NCBI GenBank assembly: GCA_017411405.1
Contig: JAFQQE010000014.1
Coordinates: 1,067-65,066 of the forward strand
Source of the DNA: Bacilli bacterium
GTDB lineage: Bacteria > Bacillota_I > Bacilli_A > RF39 > UBA660
DNA: 64,000 bases
Reading direction: 5' to 3'
This document shows, piece after piece, positions 26,945 through 35,875 of the stretch (its first letter is position 1; each line of letters starts with the position of its first letter). A program made the translations under genes and the position numbers. The notes beneath the pieces were generated by a model, which saw only the letters and a list, made by a program, of their open reading frames with translations, did no database searches and was not told the DNA's origin.

Positions 26945-26972
26945 AAAGTACTTTTACTAAAGTACTTTTTTT
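26945..26972 (+). terminator. Terminator after smc, built from a 14-bp tandem repeat
   Basis: TACTAAAGTACTTT x2 (26941-26968) forms an AAAGTAC/GTACTTT stem plus T run, abutting TATAAT at 26975-80. Confidence 0.6.
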
Positions 26973-26996
26973 AGTATAATATTTTTGGTGGTAAAA

Positions 26997-27890
26997 ATGT
27001 ATTTAGGAAGTCATGTTTCTTTTGATAGTAAAGAACAATTATTAAAAAGTGTTAAAGAATGTATAAGTTATGGAGCGAATACATTTATGTTTTATACAGG
27101 CGCTCCTCAAAATACTATGAGAAGTGCTATTAATGATGAATTAACATATAAAGCATATGAATTAATGAAAGAGAATAATATAAACTTAGAAAAAGTAATA
27201 TGTCATGCTCCATATATAGTTAATTTAGCTAACGATTTAGATCCTAGCAAATATGATTTTAGTATAAATTTTTTAAAAAATGAAGTTAGTAGATTAGAAA
27301 CTTTAGGAATAAAATATTTAGTATTACATCCAGGAAGCAGTGTAGGAATAGAAAAATATCATGCATTAGATAATATAATTAATGGATTAAATAATATTTT
27401 GTATCAAAATTGTAACGTTGTTATATTGCTAGAAACGATGTCTGGTAAAGGTACTGAGCTTGGAACTAATTTAGAAGAAATAAAATATATAATTGATAAC
27501 ATTAAAGAAAAAAACAATATAGGAGTATGTTTAGATACATGTCATTTGAATGATAGTGGAATAGATATATCTAAGTTCGATGACTATTTAGATTTATTTG
27601 ATAAAGAAATAGGAATAGATAAAATTAAATGTATCCATATAAATGATAGCAAAAACAATATAGGTGATCATAAAGATAGACATGAAAATTTCGGGTTTGG
27701 AACTATAGGATTTGATAACTTAATAAATATTATATATAATCCTAGATTAAATAATATACCTAAAATATTAGAAACACCATACGTAGGAGAAAATAAAGAA
27801 TATCCTCCATACAAATTTGAAATAGAAATGATAAAAAATAAAGAATTTAATTCTAATCTAATAAACGATATTATTAATTATTATAAATAG
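26997..27890 (+). CDS. nfo: Endonuclease IV (AP endonuclease)
   Basis: LGSHVS, HAPYIVNLA, LHPG, LETMSGKGTE, DTCH, HIND, DRHEN, ILETP metal-ligand motifs. Confidence 0.95.
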   Translation: MYLGSHVSFDSKEQLLKSVKECISYGANTFMFYTGAPQNTMRSAINDELTYKAYELMKENNINLEKVICHAPYIVNLANDLDPSKYDFSINFLKNEVSRLETLGIKYLVLHPGSSVGIEKYHALDNIINGLNNILYQNCNVVILLETMSGKGTELGTNLEEIKYIIDNIKEKNNIGVCLDTCHLNDSGIDISKFDDYLDLFDKEIGIDKIKCIHINDSKNNIGDHKDRHENFGFGTIGFDNLINIIYNPRLNNIPKILETPYVGENKEYPPYKFEIEMIKNKEFNSNLINDIINYYK

Positions 27891-27899
27891 GAGAGCAAC

Positions 27900-29045
27900 A
27901 TGAATTTAATGGCAGATACAAAACTCATCAACGATTATATAAATGGAAACGATATAGAAAATTATACTTTAGATGAATTAGAGAACAATTCAAATTTTAT
28001 GTTATCAGTAATAAAATATACACAAGATAAAAGAATTTATAATTTATGCTCTAATAAGTTAAAGAATGATTATGAATTTATAAAAGAAATAATATTATTC
28101 TTTAAAGATGATTTTAAGTTTATTAATAAAGTAGCAGGAGATTTCATTGATAATAATAAATATAAACCAAATGTAATAAACATAACTGATTATCTAAATC
28201 CAGATGATAAAACTAAAGAAACAGAAATATTTGAACTATGTATTATTATGTCTAGAATATATAAGAAATATTATCCTGATGAATTTAATAAATATGCAGT
28301 TAATGTTACTTTATTTAAAGAAAGTAGCTTAATAGAAAATGAAATTATTTTAAGAGAAAATAAAAATGAACTTTGGGTTAAAGATTTAGGATTAGGTTTT
28401 AAATTATGTGCTCTAGCATTTCAAAATAGTGAAGAAATATTAAAAGTATTCATTGATTATTATTTAAATGAATTATTTTTTGTTCCTGATATGGAATCAT
28501 TATTACATAAAAAATTTATTAATAAAGAAGAATTTATTAATTATGGTATCAATAACTATATAATAAATCATATAAAAAAGTATGATGAATATTTAGCATA
28601 TTATATTACTAAAAGATTATACTTAACTAAAGATATAAAAAAGGACATAGATAAAATTATATATAATTGGGATAAGTATAACTATAATATAGAAAAACAA
28701 AAATATGATCTATTTATGGAAAAGTTATTAGAGTATAAAGAAGAAAATTTTATGAATATGCTATATTCATTAGATGAATTAATAGATTTTATAAAGAATA
28801 ATTTAGGGTTAGAAGATATATTTAATAAATACTATATAAAAGATTATATATATAGTGAAGAAGATAAGTACTATGATTCATTATTTAATAGAAATGGAAT
28901 TAAACTAGAAAAAATGAATGAAGAAGAAATAAAGTGTATTAGATATGTATATAGTCTTGCAAAGAGGATATTTAATAAGAAAATAGAACTAGATGAATAT
29001 AGTAACGTAATTAATATTAAAAGTTTGAGAAAAGTAAAAAGATAA
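27900..29045 (+). CDS. Hypothetical all-helical protein
   Basis: 381-aa ORF with a GGAGAG RBS. The N-terminal ELENNSNFMLSVI / KLKNDYEFIKEII segments resemble DUF4116-type helical repeats. Confidence 0.65.
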   Translation: MNLMADTKLINDYINGNDIENYTLDELENNSNFMLSVIKYTQDKRIYNLCSNKLKNDYEFIKEIILFFKDDFKFINKVAGDFIDNNKYKPNVINITDYLNPDDKTKETEIFELCIIMSRIYKKYYPDEFNKYAVNVTLFKESSLIENEIILRENKNELWVKDLGLGFKLCALAFQNSEEILKVFIDYYLNELFFVPDMESLLHKKFINKEEFINYGINNYIINHIKKYDEYLAYYITKRLYLTKDIKKDIDKIIYNWDKYNYNIEKQKYDLFMEKLLEYKEENFMNMLYSLDELIDFIKNNLGLEDIFNKYYIKDYIYSEEDKYYDSLFNRNGIKLEKMNEEEIKCIRYVYSLAKRIFNKKIELDEYSNVINIKSLRKVKR

Positions 29046-29120
29046 TATGTAAAATAATAAGTATACTATCTTTTTTTTTATATAAAAATATACTATAATA
29101 TTTATGAAAGAGTTGATTAT

Positions 29121-29381
29121 ATGAACGATATAAAATTTAATTCCTTAAATGAATTATATACAAGATTATTACCAGCATTAAATACTAAAGTAAATGAGTT
29201 GAAACTTAATGGGATAAGTTATATTAAAGTTGATGATATATGGGATTATTTAAGAATGCATAAATGGAATAAAAGTAGTAATCTTACTTTAAGTGAATGT
29301 GTAGATGATATATTAAATACAAGTGACTTAGAATATAAGAAATATATGAAAAATAAAATGAGTAGTATTTTAGGTGGGTGA
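29121..29381 (+). CDS. comN: ComN-like post-transcriptional regulator
   Basis: LLPALNTKVNEL...GISYIKVDDIWDYL...KW motif. In B. subtilis comN lies in the same chromosomal block upstream of relA-dtd. Confidence 0.7.
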   Translation: MNDIKFNSLNELYTRLLPALNTKVNELKLNGISYIKVDDIWDYLRMHKWNKSSNLTLSECVDDILNTSDLEYKKYMKNKMSSILGG

Positions 29382-31528
29382 AAAATTTGGAAACTATAAA
29401 TTATATTATAGAAAAATATAAAAACGATGGATTAGAAAGTGATAAGTTAAATTTAATAAAAGAAGCTTATCTTTATGCAGAAAAAAAACATGAAGGCAAG
29501 AAGCGTAAAAGTGGTTGTGATTTTATTGAACATCCTCTAGAAGTTGCAAAAATCTTAACTGATATCAATGTTGATGATACTACAATAGTAGCAGCATTAG
29601 TACATGAAACTATAAGTGAAAGTGATGCTACTAAAGAAGAATTAGAAGAATTATTTGGCATAGATGTTGCAAAAATTGTAGAATCCCTAACTAAGATCAA
29701 TAAGTTAAAATTAAATGATTCTAGTGAATCCGGAAGCATATATTTAAGAAAAGTTCTTGTAGGACTTTCAGAAGATGCGAGAGTTTTAATTATAAAACTA
29801 GCAGATAGATTACATAATATGAGAACACTATCTTACTTGCCAGAATATAAGCAAAAACAAAAAACTATTGAGACTATGAATGTTTTAATTCCTATAGCAC
29901 ATAGATTAGGGATAAATAGCATTAAAAGTGAGTTAGAAGATCTAAGTTTAAAATATTCTAAACCTGAAGTCTATAATAGTATACTTGAAAAATTAGATGG
30001 GACAAGAGAAGAACTAAATAAAGTATTAAATGATATGTTAGAAAGTATTAGTGAAATACTTAGTAGTCATAATATTAAATTTAAAATTAAAGGTAGAGTA
30101 AAAAGTGTATATAGCATATATACTAAATTATGTACCGGTCGTAAATGGAATGATATCTACGATATTTTAGCTATGAGAGCAATAGTAGAAAATATAAGCG
30201 ATTGTTACTTAGCTGCCGGATTAATACATTCTAAATATAGACCAATACCAAAACGTTTTAAAGACTATATAGCAATGCCAAAGGCAAATATGTATCAAAG
30301 TTTACATACATCAGTATTTGGTGATGATGGACACATATTTGAAATACAATTAAGAACAAAAGAAATGGATGAAATAGCAGAAAATGGTATAGCAAGTCAT
30401 TGGTCTTATAAAGAACATACATCAGGTAATATTAAAAACTTAATGGACCAAAAATTAGAACTATATAAAAATATAATAGATAGCCATGCAAATGATGAAA
30501 GTGATGAAGCATTCGCAAAATCTATGGAAGAAGAATTATTATCAGATTTAATTTATGTATTTACTCCAAAAGGTGATGTAATGGAGTTACCTCAAGCATC
30601 TACACCAATTGACTTTGCATATAGAATACATACTAATGTAGGAGAAAAAATGGTGGGTGCAATAGTAAATGAAAATATTGTACCATTAGATTATAAATTA
30701 CAAGATGGAGATATTGTAAAGATTAAGACTGATCCAAATTCTAAGCCAAACAAAAACTGGTTAAATATAGTAAAAACAACACAAGCAAAAAACAAGATCA
30801 AATCATATTTTTCAAAAATTGATAAAGAAAAATATATAGAAAATGGTAAAGATTTATTAGAAAAAGAGATTAAAAAACAAAAACTAGTTATTAAAGAAGT
30901 ATTAAGCGATAATAATATAAATAAATTATGTAAAGATTTAAAAGTTAAAGATCTAGAAGAAATATATTTAAATATAGGATCACTAAGATATACAGCAACC
31001 TATATAATTAATTTAATATATGAGGACAAAAAGAACGTACAAGATATTTTATTAGATAAAGTATTAAATAATAAAATAGAAAGTAAAAACAATTATAAAA
31101 AAGACATAATTGTAGATGGTTGTGATGATATATTAGTTAATATTGCAGATTGTTGCCATCCAGTAAAAGGTGATGACATAATTGGATATATAACTAAAGG
31201 TAATGGAGTAACTGTACATAAAAAAAATTGTGCTAATTTAAAAGGAATAGATACTAGATTAATTAGTGTTAGTTGGAATATGGATAGTGATAATTTATAT
31301 ACATCTAAATTAAAAATATATACATTTGATTCAAATAATAATTTATTAAATATAGTAACAAAAGCAAGTTTAAAAAGTGTCGTTATTTCATCTATAAACG
31401 AATTTAATTCTAATAATAAATATGGATATGATGTAATTGTTAAAGTAAAAAATAAAACTGCTTTAGAAGATTTTAAAGAAAGTATACAAACTTTACCATT
31501 TGTATCTAAAGTAGAGATAGAGGAATAA
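29378..31528 (+). CDS. rel: Long RSH (p)ppGpp synthetase (Rel), hydrolase motif degenerate
   Basis: HD, SYNTH (GRVKSVYSIY, YDILAMR, RFKDYIAMPKANMYQSLHT, EIQLRT), TGS (TPKGDV..DFAYRIHT), ZFD (CCHP..C) and ACT domains. Confidence 0.95.
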   Translation: MKNLETINYIIEKYKNDGLESDKLNLIKEAYLYAEKKHEGKKRKSGCDFIEHPLEVAKILTDINVDDTTIVAALVHETISESDATKEELEELFGIDVAKIVESLTKINKLKLNDSSESGSIYLRKVLVGLSEDARVLIIKLADRLHNMRTLSYLPEYKQKQKTIETMNVLIPIAHRLGINSIKSELEDLSLKYSKPEVYNSILEKLDGTREELNKVLNDMLESISEILSSHNIKFKIKGRVKSVYSIYTKLCTGRKWNDIYDILAMRAIVENISDCYLAAGLIHSKYRPIPKRFKDYIAMPKANMYQSLHTSVFGDDGHIFEIQLRTKEMDEIAENGIASHWSYKEHTSGNIKNLMDQKLELYKNIIDSHANDESDEAFAKSMEEELLSDLIYVFTPKGDVMELPQASTPIDFAYRIHTNVGEKMVGAIVNENIVPLDYKLQDGDIVKIKTDPNSKPNKNWLNIVKTTQAKNKIKSYFSKIDKEKYIENGKDLLEKEIKKQKLVIKEVLSDNNINKLCKDLKVKDLEEIYLNIGSLRYTATYIINLIYEDKKNVQDILLDKVLNNKIESKNNYKKDIIVDGCDDILVNIADCCHPVKGDDIIGYITKGNGVTVHKKNCANLKGIDTRLISVSWNMDSDNLYTSKLKIYTFDSNNNLLNIVTKASLKSVVISSINEFNSNNKYGYDVIVKVKNKTALEDFKESIQTLPFVSKVEIEE

Positions 31529-31529
31529 T

Positions 31530-31973
31530 ATGAAAGTAATAATACAAAGAGTTAAAGAATCAAGTGTTTCTATAAATAATGAAGTATATAATTCTATAAA
31601 TAATGGATTTATGATACTTGTAGGATTTACTGAAGGAGATACTAGTATAGATATAGATTACATAATAAAGAAAATAGTAAACCTACGAATCTTTGATGAT
31701 GAATCTGGCATAATGAATAAAAGTATAATAGACGTTGGTGGTAGTATACTTTCTATTAGTCAATTTACTCTTTATGCAGATACAAAAAAGGGAAATAGAC
31801 CAAGTTATATTAAAGCATTAAAAGGCGAATTATCTACTAAATTATATGATGAATTTAACGAAAAATTAAACAAAATAGTCCCAACTAAAACAGGAATATT
31901 TGGTGCTGATATGAAAGTTAGTTTAATTAATGATGGCCCTGTAACTATAATAATAGATAGCAAGGATAAATAA
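31530..31973 (+). CDS. dtd: D-aminoacyl-tRNA deacylase
   Basis: [29 protein letters not shown]. Confidence 0.96.
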   Translation: MKVIIQRVKESSVSINNEVYNSINNGFMILVGFTEGDTSIDIDYIIKKIVNLRIFDDESGIMNKSIIDVGGSILSISQFTLYADTKKGNRPSYIKALKGELSTKLYDEFNEKLNKIVPTKTGIFGADMKVSLINDGPVTIIIDSKDK

Positions 31974-31974
31974 T

Positions 31975-32223
31975 ATGAATAAATTAATAATAAATAGAAT
32001 TTATAAGCACTTTAAGGGTGATTACTACTTAGTAATCGATAGAGGTTACTACACTGAAACTAATGAAGAAGTAGTTATATATAGAAAGTTATATGACGAT
32101 GGTTCATTATATGTTAGACCTAAAGATATGTTTTTAAGCGAAGTAGATCATAAAAAATATCCCGATGTAAAACAAAAGTATAGATTTGAATTACAAGATA
32201 TAAAGAGTATTAATAAAAAATAG
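31975..32223 (+). CDS. DUF1653-family protein
   Basis: YKHFKGDYY...[14 protein letters not shown]....[25 protein letters not shown]. Confidence 0.85.
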   Translation: MNKLIINRIYKHFKGDYYLVIDRGYYTETNEEVVIYRKLYDDGSLYVRPKDMFLSEVDHKKYPDVKQKYRFELQDIKSINKK

Positions 32224-32247
32224 CATCAAGAAATTGATGCTATTTTT
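32216..32247 (+). terminator. Intrinsic terminator ending the rel-dtd-DUF1653 unit
   Basis: AAAAATAGCATCAA-gaaa-TTGATGCTATTTTT, a perfect 14-bp inverted repeat. Confidence 0.82.
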
Positions 32248-32257
32248 AAAATAAAAC

Positions 32258-32286
32258 TTGCATAATATTACGTGGTGGGTTATAAT
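32258..32286 (+). promoter_or_regulatory. SigA promoter of the higBA-like operon
   Basis: TTGCAT, 17 nt, TATAAT; RBS AGGAAAGG and ATG at 32312. Confidence 0.72.
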
Positions 32287-32311
32287 ATGTATACAGGAAA
32301 GGTTTTGGCAT

Positions 32312-32638
32312 ATGATAATAACAAAAAGTAAAAATTACAATAAATCTTATAATAAATATATTATAAAAAAACATTTAATATTAGAAAAAGAAAGAATAAA
32401 TAATATTGAAAATATTATAATTTCATCAAAAAATTTACAAGATTTATTAAATAATCCTTATAAAAATATATATCATATTGAACAAAAACAAGGAAATTTA
32501 AAAGAATATTATACAGCAAGAATAAATAATAAAATGAGACTAATAATGAAACCTGTTGGAGATTATCCATATAATATTTTAGAAATAGAAACTATAGAGT
32601 TTCAAGATATAGATAATAAACATTATGGGGAGGGTTAA
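32312..32638 (+). CDS. higB: HigB/RelE-superfamily toxin (plasmid maintenance killer-like)
   Basis: 108 aa, basic. HIEQKQGNLKEYYTARINNKMRLI resembles the HigB L-x-G-x-L...S-x-R-(I/V)-N...R-(L/I) pattern; C-terminal HY; toxin-first order. Confidence 0.7.
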   Translation: MIITKSKNYNKSYNKYIIKKHLILEKERINNIENIIISSKNLQDLLNNPYKNIYHIEQKQGNLKEYYTARINNKMRLIMKPVGDYPYNILEIETIEFQDIDNKHYGEG

Positions 32639-32639
32639 T

Positions 32640-33659
32640 ATGAATGGATTTGGACCTATGTTAAAAGATTATTTAGAATATAATAAAATTTCACAAAGTG
32701 ATTTTGCAGACAGGTTAGAAATATCTTTAAAACATATGAACGAAATATTAAATGATAATACTAATATAAGTGAAGAATTAATGCTATCTATTAGTTTAAT
32801 TACTGATATTGATGTAAATTTAATATTCTATGTAGAAAATAAAAAAAGAATGTATAACTATTTAATAAAAAGATATGGGACTGAAAAAAATATAGAAGAT
32901 TTATTAAATTCTTATTATATAAAAGAAATGTATAAATTAAATTGGATAAAATTAAAAGATAAAGAATCATTCGTACAAAATGCATTAGATTTGTTAGAAT
33001 ATTTAAAAATATCTAACTTTGATAATATAAATAATTATATAGATAAAAGAATACTATATAAAAAGAGTGATAATGCTAATTTAACTAAAATATTTTTATG
33101 GATAAAAAGATGCGATGAATTGATAAAGAAACAAAATGTAACAGAATATAAAAAAGATAAATTAAATGAGTTATTAAAAGAATTAATAGAAGAAAGAAAT
33201 AATAAATTCAATAAAGAAAAACTTATTAAATTATTTAATGAACATGGGATATATTTAGTAATAGAAGATGCATTAAAAGGAACAAAAATAAGAGGTTGTA
33301 CAATGGTTAAAGGTAATAATCCTGCAATATATTTAACCACTTACTTAAAAGAAAAATCGTCTTTTTACTTTACTTTATATCATGAATTATCCCATGTAAA
33401 AAGTGATTATAATAGTTTGAAAAGTAAAATCATTATAAACGATGGAGACTTAGAAACTAAAAGTGATAATTTTGCATTAGAACAAATGATAAGTGAAAAA
33501 ATATATAAAGAAATACTCATGAATAGAAATCATGAAAAAGAAATATGTAAAAACAATAAAATACCTTTATCATTTCTTTATACAAGACTCGCATATGAAG
33601 GTATTATAAAATATAATTCTAAAGAATATTTAGCTAATAGAGAATTATTAAATGAATAA
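32640..33659 (+). CDS. higA: HigA-type HTH antitoxin fused to an ImmA/IrrE (M78) metallopeptidase
   Basis: N-terminal XRE HTH (FGPMLKDYLEYNKISQSDFADRLEISLKHMNEIL); FTLYHELSHV (HExxH) and LETKSDNFA in the C-terminal domain. Confidence 0.78.
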   Translation: MNGFGPMLKDYLEYNKISQSDFADRLEISLKHMNEILNDNTNISEELMLSISLITDIDVNLIFYVENKKRMYNYLIKRYGTEKNIEDLLNSYYIKEMYKLNWIKLKDKESFVQNALDLLEYLKISNFDNINNYIDKRILYKKSDNANLTKIFLWIKRCDELIKKQNVTEYKKDKLNELLKELIEERNNKFNKEKLIKLFNEHGIYLVIEDALKGTKIRGCTMVKGNNPAIYLTTYLKEKSSFYFTLYHELSHVKSDYNSLKSKIIINDGDLETKSDNFALEQMISEKIYKEILMNRNHEKEICKNNKIPLSFLYTRLAYEGIIKYNSKEYLANRELLNE

Positions 33660-33686
33660 AAATATAACAAAACTTTTGTTATATTT

Positions 33687-34613
33687 TTATTTTATACTAA
33701 AAGTACTAACTATATTATCATTAACATAGTATAAAACTTCATTTACATCATAATTATCACTTATAGATAAATTTATAGAATAAGTAACTTCCTCTAATAT
33801 ATTATTTGTTGTTATATCATTTAATATTCCTTCATTAAAATTTAATAATAATGTCTTATCCGTTTCGTTATAACTTAATAATTCTGTATTACTATTTAAA
33901 TAACTAATTAAATTAGTACTAAGCATTTTACTACTACTTAATTCTTTTATTATAATTTCTATTTTACTTATTTCATCATTAGTTATTTTAGTAACTGGTA
34001 CATAGTAATAATAATCTTTATACTTAGCATTATAATATACTGTAGTTTTAGTGGTATTATCTATAGTATTTATATTAAACTCTTTATTAATACCAATAGT
34101 TCTATCTAAGATAGTATTTAATCTTCTATTAGAATTAGGTAATTTATTTAATATATTTCCCTCAACAAATATAGAAACATAATCGATATTATCTAAACTT
34201 GTTATACTATATACTATTGCTTCTATCATTTTTTCTTCATTATCAATACTTACATTAAGTATTTCTTTACTAAAATTTAATTTAACTAATTTATCTTCAA
34301 TAGTTAAACTTAAAAGCTTAGTATTTTTTGGTATAACTTTATTAAAGCCTTCTCTAATATATTTATTAGAATCTATTGTTAATATACTTATAATTTCCTT
34401 AATTTTATCTTTTAAATCTTCACTAGTAAGAACAGTACTTACTCTAGATATATAATTATTTTGGTCCATTAAATATACAATATTAGTTTCACTAGTATGA
34501 ATAATATTACTATTTAATTCCACTTTTTTATCTGGAAATAAATATAATATACCCAAAATAAAAAGACATGATAAACTTATTATTATTTTTCTTAAAGCTT
34601 TTCTTTTTAACAT
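33687..34613 (-). CDS. gerM: GerM-like protein with two GerMN domains
   Basis: N-terminal TM; VYLMDQNNYISRV, IPKNTKLLSLTIEDKLVKLNFS, IEAIVYSIT...VSIFVEG; the second domain is similar (LNFNEGIL...VLYYVN). Confidence 0.75.
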   Translation of the reverse strand: MLKRKALRKIIISLSCLFILGILYLFPDKKVELNSNIIHTSETNIVYLMDQNNYISRVSTVLTSEDLKDKIKEIISILTIDSNKYIREGFNKVIPKNTKLLSLTIEDKLVKLNFSKEILNVSIDNEEKMIEAIVYSITSLDNIDYVSIFVEGNILNKLPNSNRRLNTILDRTIGINKEFNINTIDNTTKTTVYYNAKYKDYYYYVPVTKITNDEISKIEIIIKELSSSKMLSTNLISYLNSNTELLSYNETDKTLLLNFNEGILNDITTNNILEEVTYSINLSISDNYDVNEVLYYVNDNIVSTFSIK

Positions 34614-34667
34614 ATTAACACCTAATAAAGATTATGAATTATAAAAAAATATATTCTTTTATTATAC

Positions 34668-34696
34668 TTGAAAATTAATATTAAATTTAATATAAT
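34668..34696 (+). promoter_or_regulatory. SigA promoter for the small ORF-carboxypeptidase operon
   Basis: TTGAAA, 17 nt, TATAAT; back-to-back with a minus-strand TATAAT at 34661-66 facing gerM. Confidence 0.68.
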
Positions 34697-34720
34697 TTAA
34701 TTAAGATAAGGAGTATGTTT

Positions 34721-34822
34721 ATGGATAAAAAATTAGATATAATTATTGCGATAGTAGTATTTTTAATAGTAGTAATAGTAGGAATAGTAATAGGTTATTT
34801 GCTATATAAAGGAATATTATAA
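34721..34822 (+). CDS. 33-aa single-TM small protein (MDKKLDIIIAIVVFLIVVIVGIVIGYLLYKGIL)
   Basis: AAGGAG RBS at 34708-13; the stop TAA overlaps the ATG of the next gene (TAATG). Not in the ORF track. Confidence 0.68.
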   Translation: MDKKLDIIIAIVVFLIVVIVGIVIGYLLYKGIL

Positions 34823-35778
34823 TGAAAAAGATGAAGTTAAAAAAGAAAGTAAAAAGATTATTTATATTATGTATAATTTTAATTATAGGATTAGTTATTG
34901 GATATAATAAATATAAAGAATATCAATATAAAAAGACTAATGAATATAAATTAACTGTAGTAGGGTATACATTAGATGAATCTAAAATAATAATAGATAA
35001 ATTGAATAATGAAAATGAAAATTATTTTATTAATAATACTAAAATAGAATATATAATAGATTTAATTAATGAAAAATATTTTTTAGAGAAGAATTTACAT
35101 GAATATATAGATTATAAAAATAATAATAAAAGTAAAGAACTTAATGAAGTAGTTGCTTTAGTAAACGTTGGTGCTAATAAAGATTGGTATGATGTAAAAA
35201 AAGTTAAACCAACGGATCTTTCTAAAGGAGATTTAATATTAGTTAATAAGTTTAATTATTTGACTAAAGATTATGTTCCAGAAGAAATAACTTCTATAAG
35301 TTTAAGTTATGCTTATTCTGATAATAAAGTAAGTAAAAGATGTAACGATGCTTATATAGAAATGGCCAAAGCAGCAAAAGAGGATGGTATAAAACTAATG
35401 GCTAATAGTACTTATAGAACTTACGAAAGACAAGAGAAAGTATATAAAGATTATTATTATTCTAAAGGAATAAGCTATGCCGATAAATATGCAGCTAGAG
35501 CGGGATATTCAGAACATCAAACTGGACTTGCAATAGATATATTCACACCAAGTCATCCAACAACTAGTACGTTTGAAAATAGTGATGCATTCGTTTGGTT
35601 AACAAATAATGCGCATAAATTTGGATTTATATTAAGATATCCAAAAGGAAAAGAACATTTAACAGGATATGCATATGAATCATGGCATTATAGATATTTA
35701 GGTAAAGATATAGCAACTAAAGTATATGAATCTGGCTTAACTTATGATGAATATTATGCATACTATTTAGAAAATTAG
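34822..35778 (+). CDS. M15B D-Ala-D-Ala/L,D-carboxypeptidase (VanY/LdcB family), membrane anchored
   Basis: STYRTYERQ, ARAGYSEHQTGLAID (SxHxxGxAxD), ILRYPKGKE..TGYAYESWHYRY (ExxH); N-terminal TM. Confidence 0.9.
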   Translation: MKKMKLKKKVKRLFILCIILIIGLVIGYNKYKEYQYKKTNEYKLTVVGYTLDESKIIIDKLNNENENYFINNTKIEYIIDLINEKYFLEKNLHEYIDYKNNNKSKELNEVVALVNVGANKDWYDVKKVKPTDLSKGDLILVNKFNYLTKDYVPEEITSISLSYAYSDNKVSKRCNDAYIEMAKAAKEDGIKLMANSTYRTYERQEKVYKDYYYSKGISYADKYAARAGYSEHQTGLAIDIFTPSHPTTSTFENSDAFVWLTNNAHKFGFILRYPKGKEHLTGYAYESWHYRYLGKDIATKVYESGLTYDEYYAYYLEN

Positions 35779-35875
35779 ATAAATAAAAATTTAGTTAAAT
35801 AAACTAGATTTTTTTTAACTTTATTGATAATAATATAAATGAATGGTATAATTTTTAGAGTAAAGAGGTAAAAAT

